Positions 51,992-61,600 of a DNA stretch of 64,000 nt are shown piece after piece. Location: contig DATNHM010000064.1 in the NCBI GenBank assembly GCA_035604955.1, positions 42,362-106,361 of the forward strand, written 5' to 3'. The notes below the pieces were generated by a model. That model did no database searches, was not told the DNA's origin, and saw only the letters and a list, made by a program, of their open reading frames with translations. The translations under genes and the position numbers were made by a program. The DNA is from Candidatus Limnocylindrales bacterium. GTDB lineage: Bacteria; Verrucomicrobiota; Verrucomicrobiia; Limisphaerales; UBA11358. Within the stretch, counting starts at the first letter, position 1, and every line of letters starts with the position of its first letter.

Positions 51992-53428
51992 TTACTCTAA
52001 AATCGCTGGGTCGCCGTAGAGCGTGAAGGAACCGGCACGGGTAATTTTTACGTCCATGAGCTGGCCGCGATGCCGTTCCGAGCCGTCGAATACCACAATC
52101 CGGTTACACCGCGTCCGGCCGGTCATTCGCGCCGGATTTTTTTTGCTCGGCCCTTCCACCAGAATCTGCAGCTGCCGCCCGACCAACGCGCTGTATCTGC
52201 ATTTGGCGATCTCGTTGATGATTTCCAGCAACCGCTGGTTGCGTTCCTCGCGTACTTTTTGCGGCACCTGGTCGGGCAACGCGGCGGCAGGGGTGTCGCG
52301 CCGCTGCGAGTATTTAAAAATGTACGCCTGGTCAAACTCCACTTCGCGCGCGAGTGAAAGCGTTTCCTTAAAATCGTCTTCGGTTTCACCGGGAAACCCG
52401 ACGATGAAGTCGGTGCTGACACCGATGTCCGGTTTGGCAGCACGCAGTTTCTCGACGATGCCGAGGTAACGTTCGCGCGTGTAACCGCGGTGCATCAATT
52501 TCAGCACGCGGTTGCTGCCGCTCTGGACGGGCAGATGCGCGCTTTCGACCAGTTTCGGCAGTCGCGTGTAAGCCTCGATTAAATCGTCGCCGTAACCCTT
52601 GGGATGCGGCGAGGTGAACCGGATGCGTTCCAGTCCCTCGATTGCGTGAACGGCTTCGAGGAGTTGAACAAATGGAGAAAGTGACGGGTGACGGGTGACG
52701 GGTGACGAGACACTCGCGTCACGCGTCACGCGCCACTCGTCACGTTTTTCGTGTTTCCCATAACTCGTCACAATCTGGCCAAGCAGGGTGATTTCCTTCA
52801 CGCCCTGCGCCACCAACTGGCGGCACTCGGACACGATGTCCGGAATGCTGCGGCTGCGTTCCCCGCCGCGCGTGTAAGGCACAATGCAAAACGTGCAGTA
52901 TTGATTGCAGCCCTGCATGATGCTGACAAACGCCGTCACCGGTAGCGGTGGTCTATGACCGTCGCCATCTCCCCCGCCATTCTTTGCGCCATTTCCGTAT
53001 AGCAGATGCTCGCGAATGGTCGCTTCGCTCCCCTGCTCTTCCGCCACGTCCACGATTTTTTCCGCGCGACCGGCCAGGATTTCGCCGAGGCAATCCGCCG
53101 CGCGATGAAATTTCTGCGTGCCGAGGACCAGATCCACGTCCGGCAACCGGTCAATGAGCTCCTGCCCGCGGCTTTGGGCCATGCACCCCATGAACCCGAG
53201 CACGACGTCGGGCCGGTCGCGGCGGACGTCCGCGGCCAGGTTTTCCATTTTCCGGAGGGCCTTTTGCTCGGCGAGGTCGCGCACGCTGCACGTGTTGAGC
53301 AGGATCACATCCGCCACAGTTTCGGACGGCGCGAGCGTGTAACCCTTGGCCACGAGTTGTGCGGCGACGGCTTCGCTGTCGCGCTCGTTCATCTGGCAAC
53401 CGTAGGTCTTGATGTAAACACTCGGCAT
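51992..53428 (-). CDS. miaB: tRNA-i6A37 methylthiotransferase MiaB, with an in-frame heptamer-hairpin insertion
   Basis: N-terminal YIKTYGCQMN, radical-SAM CNQYCTFCIVP, C-terminal TRAM domain. Insertion RVTRDASVSSPVTRHPSLS is encoded by 52681..52744. Confidence 0.9.
   Translation of the reverse strand: MPSVYIKTYGCQMNERDSEAVAAQLVAKGYTLAPSETVADVILLNTCSVRDLAEQKALRKMENLAADVRRDRPDVVLGFMGCMAQSRGQELIDRLPDVDLVLGTQKFHRAADCLGEILAGRAEKIVDVAEEQGSEATIREHLLYGNGAKNGGGDGDGHRPPLPVTAFVSIMQGCNQYCTFCIVPYTRGGERSRSIPDIVSECRQLVAQGVKEITLLGQIVTSYGKHEKRDEWRVTRDASVSSPVTRHPSLSPFVQLLEAVHAIEGLERIRFTSPHPKGYGDDLIEAYTRLPKLVESAHLPVQSGSNRVLKLMHRGYTRERYLGIVEKLRAAKPDIGVSTDFIVGFPGETEDDFKETLSLAREVEFDQAYIFKYSQRRDTPAAALPDQVPQKVREERNQRLLEIINEIAKCRYSALVGRQLQILVEGPSKKNPARMTGRTRCNRIVVFDGSERHRGQLMDVKITRAGSFTLYGDPAILE
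52681..52744. repeat. inverted heptamer arrays (GTGACGG)x4 / (CGTCACG)x3 inside miaB
   Basis: gtgacgggtgacgggtgacgggtgacgag-aca-ctcgcgtcacgcgtcacgcgccactcgtcac. Confidence 0.9.
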
Positions 53429-53497
53429 GGGGACGAGAGAAGCGGCAATTTAGGCCATTCCGATCGCCTTGGAAAGGTGGAAAGACGCGGGCATTCC

Positions 53498-53564
53498 GGG
53501 AGCGCCGGCATCTTGCCGGCGAGTTCTACTGTCTGAGACACGCGGGCAAGATGCCGGCGCTCCC
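53498..53564. repeat. 20-bp perfect inverted repeat with 27-nt loop
   Basis: GGGAGCGCCGGCATCTTGCC ... GGCAAGATGCCGGCGCTCCC; a compact relative lies at 12891..12923. Confidence 0.8.
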
Positions 53565-53754
53565 ATAAAGGGTTTTCCCCGTGCTTTAGAGGCAGCGGCC
53601 AATCCCGGTAAAATTATTCCCAAAATTTGATTGGCAAGTTTGGACAAGTTGGGCTTTATTATCAGCAGGTCATGGGAACCAACCGAGCAGTTCGACGACC
53701 CGCTTTCGCCGCAGTCCGGCGCAGCCATCCAAACCTTCAACCGGAGGACTTCCA

Positions 53755-54009
53755 ATGGACATACATCATCCCTTCGTGACGGAATTCCCCGAACATCGCG
53801 AAACCATCCGTTCGCTCAAGCTGGCGAACACCCAGTTCCGCGCGATGTTCGAGGAATATCACAAACTCGACGACGAAATCTGCCGCATCGAAGAAGACAT
53901 CGAGTACGCCACCGATCAGGAACTCGACGAACTGAAGTTCAAGCGCGCCAAACTGAAGGACGCGCTTTATTCCGCCGTGCGCAAGCACGAGACGGCGCTC
54001 GTGCACTGA
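53755..54009 (+). CDS. DUF465 (YdcH-like) protein
   Basis: 84 aa; FRAMFEEYHKLDDEICRIEE...ELDELKFKRAKLKD is typical of DUF465. Confidence 0.7.
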   Translation: MDIHHPFVTEFPEHRETIRSLKLANTQFRAMFEEYHKLDDEICRIEEDIEYATDQELDELKFKRAKLKDALYSAVRKHETALVH

Positions 54010-54098
54010 GCGCCGGACGATTTGATTTGGCGGACCGCATTTTCGCCACGCTGATTTCGCCATCAAGGCTTGAAAGCGCTTGAGCCGATTTCAGTTTT

Positions 54099-56189
54099 CT
54101 AGTGCGTTTCCACCGCGGCTTTCCGCTTTTTGGCTTCCTCAATCACTTTCTCCGTCGCCTCGCGCGGCATTTCTTCGTAGTGGCTGAATTCCTCGGTGTG
54201 AACACCGCGGCCGCCGGTCAGCGACCGGAGTGTGCTCGAATAATGGTAAAGCTCCTTGGCCGGCACGCTGGCCTTGATGAGCTGAAACGCGCCGTCGGTG
54301 TCCATGCCGATGATTTTGCCGCGCCGCGATGACAGGTCGCCCATCACCTTGCCCATGCAATCCTCGGGGATGCGGATTTCGACCGTTTCAATCGGCTCCA
54401 GCAAAACCGGCCGGGCCGCCATGAACGCCTCCTTGAACGCGAAGTAGCCGGCGATTTGAAACGCGATGTCCTTCGAGTCCACCGGGTGCATCTTGCCGTC
54501 GTAAAAGTCAATCTTCACGTCGGTCACGCGGCAGCCGGCGAGGATGCCCTCGGTGCAGGCCTGATTCACCCCTTTCTCCACGGACGGCACGAAGACGCGG
54601 TCCACGTTCTGGCCGACGAGCGAGTTGTTGAACTCAACGCCGGTGTCGCGCGGCTTCGGTTCGATGCGCATCCAGACCTCGGCGAACTGGCCCGCGCCAC
54701 CGGTCTGCTTCTTGTGCCGGTATTTTGAATCGCCCTTGCCCTTGATGGTTTCGCGGTATTTGACGCGTGGCTCGCCCAATTCGACATGCACATTGTGCCG
54801 GCGGCGCAAGCGGTCGGCGACCACTTCCAGGTGCAATTCGCCCTGCGCGGAAATGATGGTCTGGTGCAATTCCGCGTCCACGACGTAAAGGAACGTCGGG
54901 TCCTCATGGTGCAAGGCGGCCAATCCGGACGCGACTTTATCTTCCTCGCCCTTCACCCTGGTCACGAGCGCGGCGTGGATGTTCGGCTTGGGATAAGCCA
55001 CCCTGGGCAGCGTCACCGGATGCTTGGCGTTGCAGAGCGTATTGCCGCTGTGGCTGTCCTTGAGCTTCACCGTCGCGGCGATGTCGCCGGGGCCGAGCGT
55101 GGGAACGGCCTCGCGGGTCTGGCCGTTGAGCAGATAAATCTGCCCGATGCGTTCGCTGACCTTGCGGTCGCTGTTGAACAAATCCATGCCGGTGGAAATC
55201 GAGCCGGCATAGACGCGAAAGAACGACAGTTCGCCGAAGTGCGCCTCGGCCATCGTTTTGAAGATGTAAACCACCGGCTCGCCGCTTTCGAGCGCCACCT
55301 CGACGTCCTTGCCATTGCCGTCCATCGCCTTGACCTTTTTGCGGTCCACCGGCGACGAACCGTATTTGGCAATGAAATCCATCAGCCGCGCCACGCCGAT
55401 GTTGTTTTCCGCCGAGACGGCGAACAGCGGAATCAACAGTTCCTTCTGCACCGCCGCGTGGATACCGGCGCGGAACTCCTCCTCGGAAAGACTGCCCTGC
55501 TCGAAAAATTTGTTCATGAGCTCGTCATCGGACTCGGCGATGTGTTCAATAAGCTGGCCGTGCAATTCCTTGACCCGGGCCTCCCATTCGCCGGTGGCCG
55601 GTTCCTCCTGATACTTGCCGGAACCGTCCGTCGCATAGGTGACGATTTCATTGCGCAGCACGTCAAGGACCTTGTTGAAGCCGGGCCCGGCGTTCACCGG
55701 CACGGCCAACGGAAACACGTGCCGGCCAAAATGCTCCTGCAATTGCCTGACCACGGCGTCAAAATCCACGTTCTCCCTGTCCACGGCATTGATTACAATC
55801 ATTTTCGGAATGCCATAGCCGGTCGCGTAATTCCAGACGCGGTCCGTGCCGACGCCGAGGCCATGATTGGCGTGGACAACCACCAGCGCGAAATCACCGA
55901 CGCGCAACGCGCCCAGACCTTCGCTGATGAAATCGAGGTAGCCGGGCGTGTCAATGATATTGAACTTCTTGCCCGCCCATTCCGTGTGCAACAAGGACGC
56001 CGAGACGGAAATCTGCCGGTTTTTCTCGCTGACGTGATAATCCGAGACGGTGGAGCCGTCGGCGATGCGGCCCATGCGGTTGATGACGCCGCCGCACAGG
56101 AGCATCGCCTCGCTGAGCATCGTCTTGCCCGACGAAGCGTGGCCGACGACGGCAAAGTTCCGGATGTCTGCTGGCTGATAGGTTTTCAT
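54099..56189 (-). CDS. elongation factor G family GTPase (EF-G2-like paralog)
   Basis: G1 GHASSGKT, G3 DTPGYLDF; domain order as in EF-G, but the N-terminus diverges from canonical fusA (AHIDAGKTT). Confidence 0.8.
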   Translation of the reverse strand: MKTYQPADIRNFAVVGHASSGKTMLSEAMLLCGGVINRMGRIADGSTVSDYHVSEKNRQISVSASLLHTEWAGKKFNIIDTPGYLDFISEGLGALRVGDFALVVVHANHGLGVGTDRVWNYATGYGIPKMIVINAVDRENVDFDAVVRQLQEHFGRHVFPLAVPVNAGPGFNKVLDVLRNEIVTYATDGSGKYQEEPATGEWEARVKELHGQLIEHIAESDDELMNKFFEQGSLSEEEFRAGIHAAVQKELLIPLFAVSAENNIGVARLMDFIAKYGSSPVDRKKVKAMDGNGKDVEVALESGEPVVYIFKTMAEAHFGELSFFRVYAGSISTGMDLFNSDRKVSERIGQIYLLNGQTREAVPTLGPGDIAATVKLKDSHSGNTLCNAKHPVTLPRVAYPKPNIHAALVTRVKGEEDKVASGLAALHHEDPTFLYVVDAELHQTIISAQGELHLEVVADRLRRRHNVHVELGEPRVKYRETIKGKGDSKYRHKKQTGGAGQFAEVWMRIEPKPRDTGVEFNNSLVGQNVDRVFVPSVEKGVNQACTEGILAGCRVTDVKIDFYDGKMHPVDSKDIAFQIAGYFAFKEAFMAARPVLLEPIETVEIRIPEDCMGKVMGDLSSRRGKIIGMDTDGAFQLIKASVPAKELYHYSSTLRSLTGGRGVHTEEFSHYEEMPREATEKVIEEAKKRKAAVETH

Positions 56190-56643
56190 AAATGAAAGGA
56201 AGAGGTTGAGGTTTGACCAAAAGCCGTTGGCGAGAGGAGTTCAATGCGACAGACGAAAGAAAGAAAATTAACCCCGTGAAAGTCCGTTCGCCGTTGCATT
56301 TGGCGATTGAATCAGAAATCCAACGGTTGCGCAACCCACTTGCAATGGGAAACGGGCCTTTCGCGACTGGCGGAGCGCGGAGCATCGTTCCGCGCGTTTC
56401 AAAGGTTGCGTTCCGGCGAAGCAATGCTCCGCGCCCATCAAACCGGCCCATTACTGCAAGGCGTCTGTTTGTGAATAGTGCGGTTTCCCGTCAACTTGCG
56501 GTGCGGCGGCGTAAACGGGCAACTCCAAAGCAAATCGGCCTGCCATCGCAACTCACTTGCGGTGGCGCGTTAATTTCGTATGTTCATGGCCGGACGGGTC
56601 GAACTGAACCGGCCCAGGCAGGTGGGCGGGCCCGGTTCACATT

Positions 56644-58659
56644 ATGGAATCTGAATTGTTGAAAGTATTGTTGATTGCCGGCGACGGGCGTTTGGCGCAG
56701 GCCGTGGGAGAGAAGTTGCGCAAAGAAGGACAACCCGTTGAAATCGCTACGGCGTCGGCGCTGGACGCCGGCGTGGCCAGGCTGTCGGCCGGTTCATTTG
56801 ATGTCGTTTTGTTCGAGCTTCCCTCGGCCAATGCCGCCGGCCTCTTTCAAGTCACCTTCCTCGCCACCAAGGCGCCGGGCGTGCCGATGGTGGTTTTAGG
56901 CCCCAACCAGGATGAAGCGTTCGCCGTGGAAGTCATTCGCGCCGGCGCTCAGGAGTATTTTGCCAGGGAGGAATTGGGCGAACGCGCGCTGGAACCGGTG
57001 ATCCGCTGCGCGTTGGAGCGCCACCTGGAACAAGCCGCTTTGCTTCGGGAAAAGGAAAATTACTACGGCCTGTTTGATCACCTGGTGGAAGGTATTTTTC
57101 GCACCACGCCGGACGGGCATTATCTGCTGGCGAACGTCGCGCTGGCGCGCATCTACGGCTACGACTCACCCGTGGAATTAATGGCCAGCATCAAGGACAT
57201 TGGCCGCAGCCTTTATGTAAATCCGGCCCGGCGCGAGGAGTTCATCCGGCTGATGCAAACCAGCGACACCATCACCGACTTTGAATCCCAGATTTATCGC
57301 AAGGACGGCACGGTCATTTGGATTTCAGAAAATTGCCGGGCCGTCCGCGATGCGCAGGGCAAACTGCTGTACTACGAAGGCACAGTCCAGGACATCACCG
57401 AGCACCAGCAAACGGAGATGAGCCTGCGGAATTCGGAGTCCCTTTACCATTCGCTGGTCGAGACGATGCCGCAAAACGTGTTTCGGAAGGATTTGCAGAG
57501 CCGGTTCACGTTTGCCAACCAGCAATACTGCAAACATTACAAGTGCAAGCTGGAGGACATCCTCGGCAAAACGGATTTCGATTTTTTTCCAAAGGAACTG
57601 GCGGAAAAATACCTGAGAGACGACCGGCGCGTCATGGAAACCGGCCAGACCTACGAAATCATCGAGGAACATCACCCGTTGGGTCAGGAGAAAACCATCG
57701 TTCAGGTCGTCAAAACACCGCTCTACGGCGCGGATGGCAGCATCATCGGGTTGCAGGGGATTTTCTGGGACATTACGGCGCAAAAACTTGCCGAGGAACA
57801 AATCCACCGGGCCAACGTCGAGCTGGCCCGCAGCCGCGAGGAGTTGCGCACCAAAAATCTGCTGATGGAGGAAAACCTCCACATGGCGCGGGAAATCCAG
57901 TTTGCCATGCTGCCCCAGCAGTATCCGGTGTTCCCCCACACCGTTCCGGTGGAACAAAGCGCCTTCCAGTTCGTACACCGCTATCAGCCGGCAGAAACGG
58001 TCAGCGGCGATTTCTTCAACGTTTCGGCGCTCTCGGAGGACGAAGCGGCCGTCTTCATTTGTGATGTGACCGGACACGGCATGCGCGCGGCGCTGGTCAC
58101 CGCCATGATTCGCGCGCTGGTGGAGGAACTGAAACCCATTGCGCGCGATCCGGGGATATTTTTGCGCAAGGTCAACGCCGACCTGTTTACCATTCTTAAA
58201 ACCACCGGCTCGCCGATGCTCACCACGGCGTTTTATCTCGTCGCCAACTGGCGCACCGGCGTCATGCGCTTTGCCAACGCCGGCCATCCCAAACCTCTGC
58301 TCGTGCGCCGCTCGGCCGGCCGCATCGAACCGCTGGTCAACGCCTCCGGCAAAAGCCAGCCCGCCCTCGGCCTGTTCGAGGATCCGCCGTATCAAACCAC
58401 CGAAATCAACCTCGCGCCCGGCGATCTCATGATGCTGTTCACCGACGGCCTCTACGAAGTGCAGGGACCGAACGAGGAATTATATTCCCAGGAACGGCTG
58501 ATCATGGACGTGAAGGACCGCCTGCAAAAGCCCGCCGGCCAGTTGTTCGACGAATTGTTGGCGGCCATCGGCAATTTCTCCGTGGACCAGAAATTCGCCG
58601 ACGACGTCTGTCTGGTCGGCCTGGAATACAACGGAAATCCGCCGCCGAAAAAACCGTAG
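56644..58659 (+). CDS. degenerate receiver domain - PAS x2 - PP2C/SpoIIE phosphatase
   Basis: REC-like fold at the N-terminus. PAS segments (GIFRTTPDGHYLLAN.., LVETMPQNVFRKD..). SpoIIE region with GDFFNV, CDVTGHGMRAAL, LFTDGLYE. Confidence 0.8.
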   Translation: MESELLKVLLIAGDGRLAQAVGEKLRKEGQPVEIATASALDAGVARLSAGSFDVVLFELPSANAAGLFQVTFLATKAPGVPMVVLGPNQDEAFAVEVIRAGAQEYFAREELGERALEPVIRCALERHLEQAALLREKENYYGLFDHLVEGIFRTTPDGHYLLANVALARIYGYDSPVELMASIKDIGRSLYVNPARREEFIRLMQTSDTITDFESQIYRKDGTVIWISENCRAVRDAQGKLLYYEGTVQDITEHQQTEMSLRNSESLYHSLVETMPQNVFRKDLQSRFTFANQQYCKHYKCKLEDILGKTDFDFFPKELAEKYLRDDRRVMETGQTYEIIEEHHPLGQEKTIVQVVKTPLYGADGSIIGLQGIFWDITAQKLAEEQIHRANVELARSREELRTKNLLMEENLHMAREIQFAMLPQQYPVFPHTVPVEQSAFQFVHRYQPAETVSGDFFNVSALSEDEAAVFICDVTGHGMRAALVTAMIRALVEELKPIARDPGIFLRKVNADLFTILKTTGSPMLTTAFYLVANWRTGVMRFANAGHPKPLLVRRSAGRIEPLVNASGKSQPALGLFEDPPYQTTEINLAPGDLMMLFTDGLYEVQGPNEELYSQERLIMDVKDRLQKPAGQLFDELLAAIGNFSVDQKFADDVCLVGLEYNGNPPPKKP

Positions 58660-58675
58660 GATCGAAGCGGCGGCT

Positions 58676-61600
58676 TTACCGGGCGCTCAACGCCGAACCG
58701 ACGGCGTCCTGGATCCCGGTGCCCCGCAGGTTCTGCGCAATGATTTTGCCGTCGGGGCCAATCAGGAAAATCGAAGGAATGCCATAAACCGCGTAATCCT
58801 TCGTCACATTATCTTTCGACCAGTCACCGAGGAAACCCTGCACCCATTTGATGTCCTTGTCCTGCGCGAATTTTTGGGGCGCTTCCACCTTCGGGTCCAG
58901 GCTCAGGCTGATCATCACAAACCGGCTGTCCTTGCCAAAGGCGTCATGGGTCGCCTTGAGATTCGGCGTCTCCGCCACGCATGGCCCGCACCACGTCGCC
59001 CAGAAATCCAACAGCACATATTTGCCGCGGAAATCGGAAAGTTTCAGCGGCTGGCCGTCCAGCGTCTTTACATTGAAATCCGGTGCCACGTCGCCGTTGT
59101 TCACATGCTTCACCGCTCTTAACGTGACTTCGCCGATGTCATATGGCGCGTCCGGAGCATTCGTGTCGGCTTCCGGCACGGTCACTTCCTTCGCGTCCAC
59201 CTGCGCCTGCATCACCCCGTTTTGCCAGATATTGCCGGTCAATGTGTATTTTCCAGGCACGACCGTATCCGCGCGGAAAGTGCCGTCGGCCTTTACCTGC
59301 AATTGGCGCCGATCTCTCATGGCCCCGGCATATTTTTTGCCCGCGTCGGTTTTCATCCAGTCCTGGTACCATTTTTGAACTTTTTCCTGGGTGTTCATTT
59401 CCTTCGGGACCGGCGGCGGGGTCACGGCCGGTTGCAACGTAATACTGCATTGCTGTAAATCCGCGTCCGCGGCCAAAGCGGCATCGTGTTTCAGATGGCC
59501 GGTAACCGTCCGGCCGCTTAAATTGATTTGCACCGTATTCGTCCCGCCGGGCTGGACGTCTTCCGATTGCAATTCCAGGTAACTCCATGACCGCTCGCTG
59601 ATCGGCTGTTTCAATTCGAGGCGGACGGTTCCCGGGGGAACCTGTGCGAAAGTGAAATGCCCCTGCGCGTCCGTCGCCACCGGTTCCTGTCCCCACACGT
59701 TGATTTGCGCGGCGGCGTCGCCGGCAAAGAAGTAAAGCTCTTGACCAGGCATCGGTTTGCCATGATTGAGGACCACGCCTCCAATTCGGCCCCACGGCTG
59801 CAAGGTGATGGTCGCCGTGTTCGTGAAGTCGGCCTTGGACGCCATTGCAAAACCCGCGTCGGACGCGGCAATCAGGATGAAATCTCCATCCTGTGGTGGC
59901 ATTTCAAAATGACCGTCGCTGGCGGTTTCATAACTGTCGTTGTTCTGGTTCTGGTTGCGAATCATCGTGCCGTTCAACTGCAGGTAATCCCGCTGGCCGG
60001 CCGGAATGACCGTCACCCCGGCGGCAGGTTTGCCGTCTGCCGTTTTGACCAGGCCGATGAGGTCCGGGGTCTTTTTCAGTTTCACGTCCCAGGTCACTTC
60101 GCCCTCGCCCGGCTTGATGGCGCGGGATTTTACCGGCGCGTAGCCGGGCGCCGAGATTTGAAAGACAAAATCAAACGCCGACGAACTGATGATGATGGGG
60201 CTTTCGAAATGGACTTCGTAATGGCCCGCCGACCCGGTGCTGGCCCGTTGCCGCTCAAACCGCGCGCCGTCGCCTTCCGGCCATCCCGGGGTGATTTTGA
60301 AACCGGCCACCGGCTCGCCGCTGTCCGCGTCCGTTACCGAGCCTTTCACCGTCAATGGCGGGCCGAGCTTAAATACGGTTTCGTTGGTGAGGTCGGTTTC
60401 AACCCTGGTCCATTCCAAACCCATGTAACCGCCTTTCATGATCGTCAAAAGCATTGGCTGGTCGGGGGCCGAGTTCCACGTGAAGGCGCCGTCGGTGTCG
60501 GTTTCGGTTTTCCAATCCAGGGTTCGCCCGGTGGAAATGCCGTTGCGGTCGGCCAGACCGTCATACGAAACCGCTGCGCCAACAACCGGTTGGCCCGCGG
60601 AATCCACCACCCGGCCGCGAATCGTCCGTCCCGGTTTCAACACGACTTCCAGCGGCCCATTCGTTGCCATCACCGTAACCGTGCGAAAATCCGGCGCATA
60701 GCCATCAGCGCTGAAGGTCAGGTAATTGTCGCCGCGGCTGAGGTTTTTCAGGTGAAATTGTCCGCCGTCATCCGTGCTGGTCTTGAGCGCGCCGCTCATG
60801 TAACGGTCGAAGCCGACAAACACCGTGGCATTGGTCAAAAGGTTCCCCGCCGGGTCGCGCACCGTGCCGCCCAGGGCGAAACCCCGGCTCAACTTCAACA
60901 CGGCCATCCCATCGAAGAAATCCACCGTGCGGATGTGATTGCCGGTAAGTCCGCGCTGGCTTGGTCCGTCCGCGTAAAATTGTGCCTGGGGAAAATCAGG
61001 ATGCGTCACCGTTACCCCGAAATCCTGATAACCTTCCGGCAAACCCTGGATACGCCAATGGCCGGAGGCATCGGTCCCGGTGGTCTGGCTGGGCAGGTAA
61101 GCCCGATCGCTCATATCACCAAAGTACATACTGTTGAAACTGACCTGAGCCCCAGCCACCGGTTGGTCCTGTTCATCCAGTACCACGCCCCAAATTGACG
61201 CGCGGCTCTCCGTGAGCTGATAGGTGATTTCAGCCGGAATGCTGCCGCTCTGCCAGTTCCCGCTGCGGCCCGAATAACCCGGCTTGGACACCGAGACACC
61301 CACGTCGCTGGTCCGGCTGGCCGCATATTTCACCAGCGCCACCCCGTCGGTTGAAGTCAAAATCGGATCGGCGACCACGCCTTCATCGTCCACGGTCATG
61401 CCGGGGGAAACATCCGCGCCGGCGATGGCCGCGCCCGTTTCCTTGTCCACCACGCGCACCTTCAAAACCCCGTCAAAATGAAGGCTCGGCTCCAGGGGCA
61501 TGGGCGCGGTGACTTCCCGCTGCGGATCACTTTTAGCCACGGTGGCCGCCACCAGCGCGTAGGACGCGCGGCTGCGGGTGGATATCAGGTCCAGACTGTC

